This document shows, piece after piece, positions 37,267 through 49,511 of a DNA stretch of 64,000 bases. This stretch comes from Isurus oxyrinchus (lineage: Eukaryota), in NCBI GenBank assembly GCA_026770705.1, contig JANJGN010000035.1:13578001-13642000 (forward strand), written 5' to 3'. The stretch's first letter is position 1. Every line of letters begins with the position of its first letter. A model generated the notes under the pieces. That model searched no databases. It saw only the letters and a program-made list of their open reading frames with translations, and had not been told where the DNA came from. Made by a program: the position numbers and the translations under genes.

Positions 37267-38049
37267 GTAAGTCTGCTGCCATTGCGAATGAGTCCTTTCC
37301 ATGAGTGAGGATCATTTTAGTGTCCCAGAATGCTCGTTGCTGAATGAAAAAAAAGCAAACTGATAAACAGAATAAACAGACAAGAGGGAACTAACCAATT
37401 GAAATTAAATGGACAGCAGGAGGCCATTCCTCACTTAGTTATTTTGCTGGATCTTTGAAATCTTTATAGAAGTAATCAGTGTTCCAATTTTATTTTCCGA
37501 TAGCCACTCAAATGTTTATGCAATGCACATTTGAAATTTAACATTGAGCTTCCATCCGCCAGGATTTCAAACCGTTTATAATGTTTGCCCACTTTCTTTT
37601 TGACTCTTATCCCAAATGCACATCCCTCCTCTCTCAACTTTCATTCTCCCAACCTCCATCTTACTACCTCTCTAAACATAGATATTTTCAATAATTCCTT
37701 TCTGGTCTCCTTCATTTTCTCCCATCCATCACTGACATGTTTCTGTTGCCATCCTCTGTCCAATGCTGGTGTCTTACCCCGCAGCCACTTGCCATCACCT
37801 CTTGTCATGGTTACCAACCTCCTTGCTCGCACTCATAGACTCATCCTCTGCACTGCCTTTCATTGATGTTCGAATTCCCATGTCTTGCACTCTTAAAACG
37901 AGGTTGTTTAGAAAAATATATCAAAACTTTGAGAAAGGTCACTTGGCAGAAAGTGATTCATAACAACCACGTCCAGGGTACATGGGGACAGGGGAAAAGC
38001 CCTAGCTCAACCCAGCCCCCTCGCTGGTTCTCACTCCTACCCCCGATTA

Positions 38050-38532
38050 CCCCCATTTTCTCTATCAATTCCACGATTGGCCTGTGTTTTAAACAGTGCC
38101 CCTTCACTGTAAAATGTTCTCTGACGCCTTGAGTACGTGGGAGAAGACATGTTAATGAAAATGTTAGTGCTGCTGACATTTGTTTTCCCATTTGAGTTGA
38201 CATAGAACACAACAGCTTGGCTTCCATCTCTTTCTGTGATTAAGACCACCATGTCCATCCACAAATACGCCAATTCTTTTCACAGTTTAAATAAACTGGC
38301 AGCTGTGCCACTTCTCCTTTGAACTGTTTCTTTCTATCTGCTACCTGAATGCACCTCTGCCAACTTAGCCATGGGAGAAATTTAGAATTCATGGAATAAA
38401 AGCGCCTGACAATCCAACTGAGGACCCAAAAAACAATCTCCGCTGAGCTGTTATCCCCATATCCCAACCAGAGCTTCACTCTGGAATGCCAATGCTCTGA
38501 ACACCAGGCAATTTGGCTCAATCTCTTACATT
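38050..38532 (-). pseudogene. Possible decayed Ig exon(s)
   Basis: Long pyrimidine tract with gatttcag acceptor; VYLNCEKNWRICGWTWWS has an LxC...W pattern; frameshifted. Confidence 0.3.
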
Positions 38533-39249
38533 CTGAAATCAGAGAAAACAGGAAACGGACAAATTGGAAAAAAAAAAACAAATTGCAGGATATTCTGAGT
38601 TAATTTTAAGCCCATGTACCTAAATACTGGTGGATTTAATCTGGACCCTAACCTACAGGACCCGCAAACTACACTGGGCTGCGACAACAAGATTCCTTAT
38701 GAAAGGATTGATTGACTAACATTCCTAAACACACTGCTCGGGAAAGCGCAGGAAAGGGGGCAATGTTGTGTCTTTTAATAAAAACGTTGTACTGTCCAGT
38801 CTGTGTATTACTCAGAAGTTTACAGCTCTCACAACTTAGAAATGTATAGGGATTCGATTTCAGCCTTTCAGGGAGACAGGAACACACTTTCTCACAACAA
38901 ACTAAGAACAAAAAATTATATTGATTTCCCTCTCACTAACTTTATACCTTTTCATGATTCACATCGCCTTCAATACTCTAAAGGCCTAAATATAAACAGC
39001 AGTGCCCACATCTCACCCTGCAGTGGTGGATCAAGTCATTGGTTGGGAGAAAGACCAGATATAGGGCAGCATTCGGGCTGTGTGTGAGGGGAATGATCTG
39101 TAGAGAGCGGCTTCTGACTGGAGAAAGTGAGGGGTGCTGTGGGGTCCGTTTGGTGACCCTGGAAAGGGCAGAGTGGGACAGAATCTGAGGGGGCCCAGAG
39201 TAGCTGCGTTGCAACATTTAAGTGGCATTGAATCCGAGAGTTCTCGTCT

Positions 39250-39830
39250 CGGGCTCTGCTTGCTTCACTGCCTAGGAGAAGATTAAGCACAAATTCTGCT
39301 GGATTCTCCTGCTCCTTCAACAAATGCTGAGTTTGGGACATGCCAGGCAGAAATAATTCACCCGTAAGGAACTGATAAAACACCACAGATAACACAAACA
39401 GAATACCACGCTCAACTTCGACACTCAACAGACTGGGCGCCACATTATTCACATCTTTCTCTATTGAAAGTGTACTGGAGCGTGGAACCTCCCTGGTTAA
39501 GCTGTTCCTGTTGACTCTCAAAGGTAAATATAATTCTGGATATTGTGCTCACTCGTGACAATCGAAAAAAAAACGGGGAGGTGTAGCATGTAGTGACCAT
39601 CTGGGCTGCTCCAAAGGTCAGTGAGTACGTAGTTCATATGCTACTTGATTTGCAAATTCCTGAATTTTCCTCATATATGTTAATTCTCACAGGACCGCGA
39701 GAAATGATCAGACTCGACCTCGAAAACACGATCCTCCCGCATCCAAATATCAAACAATTCAGAAGCATCTGTGCACTGGAACAGCCGGCTCAAATCAAAA
39801 TTCTCATTTACATTGTCATCGAACACACTC
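39250..39830 (-). pseudogene. Possible decayed Ig exon remnants
   Basis: NENFDLSRLFQCTDAS (NFxL..DA) and SSTLSIEKDV..SVEV resemble E/F strands. Confidence 0.25.
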
Positions 39831-40050
39831 CCTCCCCTCTTCCCACTTGCTTGCCTTTTTACCCCTTCCCCTGCCTGTGTCCCTCTACACTTTGCTCCCC
39901 CTTTCTATTCTCATATTTCCTCTCTCTGCCCTCTCCATTCCAACCTCCACCTCTACCCTTGCCCTCCCACTCTGCAACTCCCCTCCCCCTCCCTCTTCCC
40001 ACTCACACCCTCCACAAACCCCCTCTCCACCCCTCCACACCTCACCCCAC
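39830..40050 (+). repeat. CT-rich low-complexity tract
   Basis: Nearly purine-free ccctc repeats. Confidence 0.8.
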
Positions 40051-42299
40051 GGTTTGCGCAGTGAAATTCTTGCACACAATAGATGAGGTTATAGTAAGAT
40101 GCTTCGGCCCAACATCAACACCCATGGCTCTCTTGTTTAAAGAGCCCATTCATTAGAGAGGAGATGCCCAGAGCCGCCTTTTAATTTATCACAGGTTGGT
40201 CGGTTTCAACATCCCAAAAAAAGGTAATGTATTAGCAGTTGACATGCACATTTCTATTTGATACAAATCCTCGAGGCCGTGATCTGTACAAGGAAATAAG
40301 AACTCAAATAGTCCAGTGTAAATTTCAGCACTGAATGTACCTTGTGTGCTGCAGCGTTTCAAGAACATAGCTCTCCACTACCTTTCCAAGGACACCTAGG
40401 GATGGGCAAAAAATCCTGGCACAGCCAGCGAAGCCCTCATCCCGTGAATGAATTAAACACAACTGAAACATATATTGAATGACGAGGAGGTGGTGGAATC
40501 TGATTGCACAGGTGGCAGGAAGGGCCGGGCGGTGAGAATGCTAATACGTGAAATTCTTGTGTTTCCAAATAGATCAAATGCCCTATAATATGTCATAACC
40601 AGAAATTAGAGTGTCACACAGAATTTGCCTTCTTGTTCTCACGGTGGGTGAGCTCACACCTTCCCGCCACTATTAAAAAATATCGTAATGATCTATGTGG
40701 AAAACTTGAATCGGATTTGACTTTTTGTAATGGTCATTTTGAAACGTCTTGTATAGTTCTTTCATGTATTTTATGAAATATGGACATAAGTAATATAGTA
40801 AGTTATAAAAGATATAATATGTACAGCTTAAAAATGTTATACTATATTGGAGATCGTTGTGGGAAACCAAGCTTTCAAAAGCTGGATACATCTGTGGATA
40901 GAAAGTTAGTCTTTTAATCTGACAGTCCAGGGATCAAGTCCCTATTTGGACGCTGAATTTTAACACTGTCCTGAGAGATTGAAGGCGCTGCTAGTGGGTG
41001 CTCTCGAAGAAGTCAATTGATATTGATCTCCCTTAAGTTTTAAAATCGCCACATGTTCTTTGATTCAATCCTTTTTTCAGAATGTTGTTATATTTGTCTT
41101 TTGTTTCAAAAAGAACACTTCCATACTTGGCTCTTGATTGGTCCACATATTCCCATTCTTCGGGTCAGAGGAAATAGATTCTATATCGTGATGATGAATG
41201 CTTTTTATTTAAGTGTTCTTGGGAATATCATGGCATTGTATAAAGAAGCCTGTATGCGATTGTCATTGTGCATGTGTGTGCCCATGATTATTAAGCTGGG
41301 GAGGTTAGTATAGACAGCCCGTCTGAGAGGACTGAGGGATCCAATTGTAAACGGGTATAGATTAATGCATTTCTAATGAGAGGTTCTGGTGAGGTTGGAT
41401 TTACAAGTACATAGGTTGGATATAAAATAAACTTGATGAGATCCATGGAGGCTTAGATTTTCAGCTGCTGACTTTCAAAGGGAAGTTTAGAAGTGACAAG
41501 TAACTTTAGCACTTGCAACGTTTTCACAGGTAAAAAGGGGGAAGTTATATGGAATTACTTTGACACAAAGTGGAGGCATTAGGAAAACATAGATTTTAAT
41601 ATTTGGAGACTTAGGATTTCCTGTTTCCTACACAGACACTTTAACCAAATAAGCCGCAGCACTGACAGCACCAAGACAATTCTAAATCCAATCTTATCAT
41701 TTGCATCAGTGATTTTTCCTGCATGCATCATTTTTGAAATGTTGACACATGACGAGAACTTTCCAAGTTAATACATCTGAGTTATTTAAAATTCAAGTGG
41801 GAAGCTTGAAATAATTATCATTACCTACACTTTTAACTGGAATGTTTGAGTGGCAACTCTAAATTCAGGAATCAGACCATCAGTTCACGAGACGTTTTTA
41901 TATTAAAATAAATTGAATATCTTATATGATAAAACACCTTTAAGCACATACACATGGGTACAAATTGCTACTATCGTAACTTTTAATAAATTCCCAAACT
42001 AATCGCCATTAAGTTAACAGCAACCATAGGCTTGAAGAAGACACCAGGCAAAGTATTTTCACCTTAAAAATTCAAAATGAGTTTTCTGACACTTTGGATC
42101 CTTTGCAGACAAAGTGCCAGGCTTATAGGCTTTCATCTTACATTGCCTCCGCCCTGCACACACAGAACTGCGGTCTGTTATAACCAGCACATTTCATTCA
42201 ATGTAAATTGTTCTTTCATCACCAGCCCCTATGACCTCCAACTCTTCAAACAATAAAACCCATTCATATCACCAATTGTATTAATAATATAAACAGAAA

Positions 42300-45200
42300 G
42301 CCAAAAAAGCTGCAGATGCCTGAAACCAAAAACAAAAACAAAAATAAAATTTCCGGGAAAAACTTAGCAAGTCTGACGGCATCTGTTGAGGATAATGCAG
42401 TTAATATTTCGAGTCCATAAGTCTCTTAAACAGAACATAGGTGAAATAAAAGAAGTGAAATATTAGCTAGTTTAAGGGGTGGAGTTGGGACAACTAAATG
42501 TCGATAGAAGGTCAGTGATAGGTGGAGATTGCCAAAATACGTCATAGACAAAAGGAGAAAGAGGTGGTGACAGTGGTGAAATAAGTTAAGAAACGTGCTA
42601 ATAGGTGACATTATGGTTATAAAACAGGGCGATTAACATACAGATAGACGTAGTGGGGGTTGGGTAGGAGGTAGAAGTCGAAATAAGCTGAAAGGTAGAG
42701 ATAAGCTATGAACGGATATATATTTTTTAAAAATAATGGAAATAGAAGGGAAGAGAAAAATATACATATATATTATTGGGAAAAAGGGGGATCGGACAGC
42801 TCGTGCTGATGGAGGAGAGAGTTCATGATCTAAAGCTCAGTATGGAAGGCTGTAACGTGTAAGCATGTGCTGTTCCTTTAGTTTGCGTTGAGCTTCACAG
42901 GAACATTGAAGTAGGCCAAGGACGGATATGTGATCATTAGAGCAGGAAGGAATGTTGAAATGGCAAGAGACAGGGAGGCCTGGGTCATGCTTGCGGACAG
43001 ATGCAAAGTGTTCAGCAAAGCGGTCACCCAGTCTGCGTTTTTTCTCTCCAATGTGGTGGAAACTGAATTGGGAGCAGCGAATGCAGTAGACTAAATTGAG
43101 GGAACTGCGTGTGAAATGCTGCTTCAATTGGAAGCGTTATTTGGGCCCTTGGACTGTGAGTAGAGGGGAAGTAAAGGGGCAGCTGTTGTCCCTTCTGCAG
43201 TTGCATTGGAAAAGGCCGTGGGAGCGGTTTAAGGTGTAGGGGGTGATGCAGGAGTGGACCAGGGTGTCCCTGGGGACGATCTCTGCGTGATTACGCCAGG
43301 GGTGGTTAAGGGTAGATGTGTTTTGTGGTGGCATTATGTTCGAGTTGGCAGAAATGGCAGAAGATGATGCTTAGAATGCGGAGTCTGGTGGGGTGATAAG
43401 TGACGACAATGGTTCTGGGAGGGTGAGGAATTTGTGAGGCCGGATGCACTGGAGATGGCCAGACATGGTTAAGGGCCAAGTCTAACACCGGGTGTGGAAA
43501 ACCTCAGTTAACAAAGAAGGAATACATGTCAGAGGAACTGTTTTTGAAAGTGGCATAATCAGAACAGATGTGACGGAGGTGAAGGAACAGAGAATATGAT
43601 GGAGTCCTTGCAGGGAGCAGGGTGTGAGGAGCTGTACTCAAGTTAGCTGTGGGAGTCGTTAGATTTGTAATCTATATTGGTTCACAGTCCATCACCAGAA
43701 ATTGAGACAGAGAGGTCAATGAAGGGAAGGGAAGTGTCAGAGATAGATCATGTGAAAATTATGAAAGGGTGGAAATTGAATGCAAAATATTTAATTTTTT
43801 CAGTCCAGGCGAGAGCATGAAGCAGCATCAATGCACTCTTCGATGTTTCGGAAAAAGAGTTGTGCGAGGGGGCAAGTGTAGGACTGGATCAAGACATATT
43901 CCACATAATCAATAAATAGAGAGACATAACTGGGGCCCATGCAGGTACCAATAGTCACACATTTTATTAGGAGGAAGTGAGAGGAGTTTAAAGAAAAATT
44001 GATCAGGGTGTGAACAATTTCTGCCAGATGGAGGAGAGCACTGATGGAAATGTATTGTTCGGAGCTTTGTTCGAGGGAGAATCAGAGAACCCTCTGATCA
44101 TGCCTGTGGGTAATGGAGATGTAGAAGGATTGGAAGTCCATAGTGAAGCAAAGGTGGTTGGGTACTAGGAACTGGAAATTGTTGATATGATGTCGGGTGT
44201 CAGTGGAATGATCGATGTAGGTGGGAACGGACTGAACAACGGGAAAGAGAATGGAGTCATGATCCAAACAAATGAGCTCCCTGGGGCAGGAACAGGCTGA
44301 CATGATCGATTTCCAAGGATAGTCTTGTTTGTGGATTTTGGGTAGGAGGTAGAAGCGCACCATCCGAGTTGGGAGACTATGAGGTTGGAAGCTGTGGAAG
44401 GAAGGTCTCCAGAGCAGATGAGGTCAGTAACAGTCCTCCAAATGATGGCTTATTGTACAGTGGTGGTGTCATGGTCCAGGGGGAGGTAGGAGGAAGTTTC
44501 TCTGAGTTGACGCTCAGCCTCTGCGCAGTACAGGTCATTGCGCCAGGCAAAAAAATTGTCAGCATGCTTGCTGACAATGTCAAGTTTGGACCCGGGAGAA
44601 CGGAGTGCCACAAGATTACAGAGAGATAGGTGAGGGAGGGTGAGAGGAGCAGTAAAATTTAGACCACTGATGTCACGCTGACAGTTCTCAATGAACAGAT
44701 CAAAAGACGGTAAGAAGCCAAACGGAGGGTCCTAGGTTGAGGGAGAATATTGGTGGCGGTTAAAATGATCCCGTAAATGGGGAGCGGTCTACAGCCCAAA
44801 GAAGTGAGCTTGGAGACAAAGGTGGTGGTGAAAGAGTACAGCATCATTCCGAGCCCAACATTCATTTAGATGAGGCTGTATATGTGCAAAACTGATTCCT
44901 TTGCTGAGCACTAAACCTTCAGGAACAAAGAGGGTAAGGTCAAGGTGTATGATGAATACATGGCCGGGGTAGGGACTGTAAGGAGGGATGGGCACCGAGA
45001 ATAGAGTCAAGATAGCAGAAAACTAGTTCCATGGGCCAGGAACAGGCTGAAATGATCAGTCCTCCGGCTAAGCCCTGCTTGTGGATTTTGGAAAGGAGAT
45101 AGAAGCGGGCCATCCAAAATTGGGAGACTATGAGGTTTGAAGCTGTGGAAGGAAGATCTCCACAACAGATGAGGTCAGTAACAGTTATGGAAAAAATGGC

Positions 45201-45465
45201 TGAGTGTTCAGTGATAGGGTCATGGTCCGGGGGGAGGTAGGAGGAAGTGTCAGCAAGTGGTGCTCAGCCTCTGTGAGGTAGAGGTCAGTGGGCCAGACAA
45301 CAGCAGAAATGCGCTTCTCAGCAGGTCTGATGACAACGTCATGGTTGGACGTGAAAGAACGGACTGCAGCAAGCTCAGAGAGAGACAGGTTTAGAGTGGG
45401 CGAGAGGAGCAGAGAGATTCAGACGACTGATGTCATTCCGACAGTTCTCAATCAAAAGATCAAAA
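42300..45465 (-). mobile_element. Penelope-like retroelement (degenerate RT plus GIY-YIG endonuclease)
   Basis: NLVYCIRCSQ..HIGEKKRRLGDRFAEH (GIY-YIG, 42837-43127); RFYLLPKIHKQD..SACSCP..FTMDFQSFY (RT, 44082-44363); terminal motif at ~42300-42430. Confidence 0.92.
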
Positions 45466-45701
45466 AATAAAATATAACGATTATTATAAGCATATAGTTT
45501 GGTCTCTGCTCTCTATATGCCATATATCACTCGCCATCTTGAAAGTTCTATTCAACAAATTGCAATTGCGCTCTACCTCTTCTTATATCTGAAAACTAGT
45601 ATACATCAAAACACCCAAACTAACCTGTTTTATGCCAATTGAGACACACCCACAGACTAACCCTCTACTTAAAAATAAATTCCATGTATATACATTAATA
45701 C

Positions 45702-45766
45702 CTCCATGGCATGGATGATTAAAAACAGCACCTGAGCCCACACACAAAAACAATTCATTTCCGCGC
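45702..45766 (-). pseudogene. Candidate signal-peptide exon MNCFCVWAQVLFLIIHAME
   Basis: ctatcctgtag| acceptor, ATG at 45758, 19 mostly hydrophobic codons, donor GAG|GTATTA. Confidence 0.45.
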
Positions 45767-46216
45767 CTACAGGATAGAGCAAACACAGTGCCGCCAATTG
45801 GATACCTTTCAAAATTGGACACGTGTATTATTTTTAATAGTCCATTTCCATATTGACGAAATGGAGAGTGGTTACATGTTGCAACAATGCGAAAAAGCGA
45901 GTAATTGGTGACAGTGAGAAGATTGATGAAGAGGAGGCAAAGTGAGGGATATGGCGAGCGGGTGTTCAAAATGCTATGTAGAGGGTGGATATCGTTGTCA
46001 TTGAATGAACAGTAAAGGAAAAGGAGATTCAAATGTCTGTTGTGAGTCATTGAAGAGAGCTGTATGAATGCGACCTTTTGTAGACCAAATAGCTAAGTCT
46101 GCAAAACATCAGGCTTTTAAGCTGAGTTGTTAGGGTTCAAGTCTATGCTCAAGCATTGCTGTCTCGTCTCCAATCATCAACTCTATCGAAAGTATGTGGA
46201 GCTGAAGGTAACTCAC

Positions 46217-46279
46217 CTTGCATGCACCTGTAAAGTTTGTGACTTTCAAGAGATCTGCTAAATTTTGGAGTCTTCTACT
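46217..46279 (-). other. Candidate 63-nt (5'UTR) exon
   Basis: tttgtcccttttcag|...TGCAAG|GTGAGT; ~450 bp upstream of the leader-like exon. Confidence 0.3.
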
Positions 46280-48154
46280 CTGAAAAGGGACAAAGGGACT
46301 CGAAACCTTAATGCTGTTTCTCTCTCCACAGATGTCGCCAGACATGATGTGTTTCTCCAGTGTTTTCCTTGGCTCTTAGTTTTGCTACTGCCCTACCTGG
46401 GGTGTAGCTGAGATGCAGATTAAGTAGCGGTTTTTTGTAGTATTTACAGTAGTAATTTTGTAGACGTTTATAAGCGGTTACAATATTTCACATGGCAATA
46501 GATGTTTAATTTAAACTGAATAAAAACGTCTTGAGATTAGGTTGTCTTATTACTTCTGAAATGAAAGTCTGCATCTCGAAATTGCAAAAAAAGATATTAT
46601 TGCAGTAGTTTCAAGTTTCCCTCTAGGGTTGAGCAACTCAGCATTTACCATCAGTTGTGTCCTTATAGTTGGGCAAAGTTTCTGCCGCCCGTGTAACACT
46701 GAAAAGCAAATGCTTGCTGCCGAGTTTTCTTCCTGAAAATATCTGATTTGGAAGTGGCTCCAGAGTCAGAAACTTCACACTTTATCTCAGTTTGAGCAGC
46801 GTTAAGCGCTTTCTCTCTCTTTCAGAATGTTGTTCATCAATTCCCACTAGCGTTTTTTGTTAACTGCTGGTCAGCTTTGCTCTTGATTGGTCGGGATGTT
46901 ACCATTCTTCAGGCTCGAGGAAAGGGAGCTTTCTTGATATTTAACCTTTAATGCAAGAAAGAGACCATGATATGTCCAATTATCATCCACGCAAATTAAA
47001 GGCAAAAGGAGCAGTAAGTATGAGAATTGTGCTCCTAATTAACAGGTTAAAAATAGGATTGACGTAACTGAACAAGCAATTCTTCCACTCCAGGCCAATG
47101 AAATATTGAAGTTTCTCTGTTGACATTCTCTTTTAGAATGTCAGAAGCAGGGGCAAGAGCAACATCAAGCGGCCTAAAGACTGTTCCAACGTTTTATATG
47201 GTCATGGCTCATCTTATGTCTAAGTAAGAACTTGCTGGACAGTTCTCTTGTCCCTTCGTTCTGACAGGACACAGAACCTCCTGACCTGTTCTCATGTCTC
47301 TTCGTTCGGACAGGACGCAGAGACATATCCAAATATGAATACAGTCAGCACAGTCCCCCCTTGTCTAGAATTCAAAATCTGCAAAAACACTTAATGTACA
47401 GATTTTGGAAGGTACGTTACTGTAAGGACAGTCACTGGGAACTGTAGTGCTGGCTGTCAGATTCTCAAACAAGGTATTGGCGTTTATTATAGAGACGTGG
47501 AAATGTTTTCCTCCAAAGTTTGTGAACCTTCTGAATTCTATAAAGGGGTGTACTGCACATACTCGCTGATTACTATCGAGGCTAATGTCCATAATTCTCA
47601 GTCTCCTGTCAGAACAAATGGGACACGAGGAAATGTTCAGGAAGGTCACTTTGAGATAGGAGATGCACTATGACCTTATCAAATTTTGGAGTAGTTCTGA
47701 AGGGCAGTAGATGCTTCTCCTGCTCCTATTTCTGAAAATTCTTACAGACACAGGTCGCAGCAACGCGCAGGTTACAATGACCTCGGAATAGAAGGAATGC
47801 AAATTCCGATTTTTAATGGCTTAGTACGGAATACAGTTTGCAAACCACTTGCTCCGATTTTCAGTATTGTATTAAGATGACGAGTGGACGTATGGTGATC
47901 TATTTGTTGTTAAAGTTGTGATGTGGGGAGTAACATATCGGCCTGCCCTGTGCGACAGAAAGTTCTAGTTCAAGCAAGGCGCAGTGTTTACTAAAAAATC
48001 TCCTTGTAAATTCACAAGAAATTGGTGGAAATAAAATGATGGCAAAAGCAGCTCGGCTGATATTTTGACTCACAACCCAAGTTTGCACTTTGAGGCTCGA
48101 GGGAAATCTATAATCAGCTGCTTCTGGATATGTCAATTAAAAGAGGTGAACTGT

Positions 48155-48227
48155 TGACTGAACAGGGGATTGAGCCCTGGATCCTCAGATTTAAAGTCTG
48201 ATACTCTATTGACTGAGATATCCGCAC
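48155..48227 (-). tRNA. tRNA-Lys(TTT)-derived pseudogene with anticodon mutated to TTA
   Basis: GTGCGGATATCTCAGTCAATAGAGTATCAGACTTTAAATCTGAGGATCCAGGGCTCAATCCCCTGTTCAGTCA: 73 nt, ungapped, 59/73 identical to the vertebrate tRNA-Lys(UUU) sequence as recalled. D-loop GG and T-loop TTC are damaged. Confidence 0.85.
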
Positions 48228-49473
48228 TCCACGGTAGAACAGCTGAAACGTCTGAATTCAAGGCTTGGGAGATATGCCGATGTACTCTGATTTTCTTCAA
48301 GTCAGTGAGATTAATTCCAGAGGTTCTGTCAGAACAGATGGATATGAAGACTGATCAAGAAGTCGAAATTGATTGAAAGAATGATTCATGAAAATAATGA
48401 ATAAGGGCAAGATCTCAAGGCCAGGAGAGGCTACTGCTGCTCCAACTTCTGTTATTCATAAAGACACTCGTCAGAGCAACAAGCAGGATTTTGTCGAGCT
48501 CGGTGGAAGGAATGTCGAACAAGAAGCAGATTTCCGCTTGGCAATCGAATTATTCGCCGTACACTTAGCCAAAAGCAGCCTGCTGTTGTCTCCAGTATAT
48601 TAAAATGAAGAGTAGGCTGACGGAGATATACATAGTGTTGAAACTTTTAAACATGGAGACACTATTTCAGTTTGATGAAGTTTTGGGTCGCCCATATCAG
48701 TACAGAGATGAGCAGGATTATTTTTCTCTCTGAAGGTTGTGCAACCATGGAACTGTCAGCCTCAAAATCTGCTGGATGTGGGGGTCAGTGAATGTTTTTA
48801 AGGCGAGAGATTTGGATAGATGATTGTATAAAAGCAAAACACGGTGGATGATGAAATCAGCAATAAAAACACATCAGATCTAATAGCATTTTTGGGGAGA
48901 AAAACAGCTAAAGTTTCGACTCCGTATGACACTTCTCCATAGTGGATAGACTCTTGTTAGGAATGGAATCAAAGGTTACGGGGAAGATGGCAGGGAAGAT
49001 GAATCCTCCAGAAAGTGATCAATAGTTTTGCTCGGGCACTGAGTTTCACTGTCTCTCGAAATATATCATATCATCCCAATATCATGCATTTTATTCCTAA
49101 AAAATCCGCCCTTCACAAGCCTTTTCCAGCATTGGCAGGCACACTTCCTTCTCGTAAGAAATATTCTTTGTGTCCCCAATTTTTGTTCTTACATGCTGCC
49201 ATGTGATGTGGAAACTTTTCTTTCCAAATTTTCCGAGCTTGGGCCCCAAATGTTTTGAAGATCAAGTATAAATGAGAGACCAATAAGTTGCAGAAAAGGC
49301 AGCCGGATGTTACAAATTGACGGATTTTGTGTCTACTGCTACAAAAACAATGTAATGTGTTGTTAGCTCTGGGAAGGTGTGATGTAATTCACTTTGAAAG
49401 CAGTTCGTTGTCACTGGGGCGAATCACATCATTTGGGAAAAGTTATGTGACTTCAGCAGAGCGAGATCTTCCT

Positions 49474-49511
49474 TCAAACATTACACATTTTACCATCTTC
49501 TGCTGAGTTTC
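49474..49511 (-). pseudogene. Candidate terminal coding exon (G)NSAEDGKMCNV*
   Basis: Paralogue of 1639-1676; acceptor ttcag at 49512-49516. Confidence 0.35.

Noticed and set aside
45583-46050. ORF segment GNELFLCVGSGAVFNHPC as the start of an Ig V domain
   Set aside because: The overlapping frame with an ATG, a hydrophobic core and splice sites fits a leader exon better.
48155-48227. Functional ochre suppressor tRNA
   Set aside because: The A box, B box and acceptor stem are damaged; kept only as a pseudogene.
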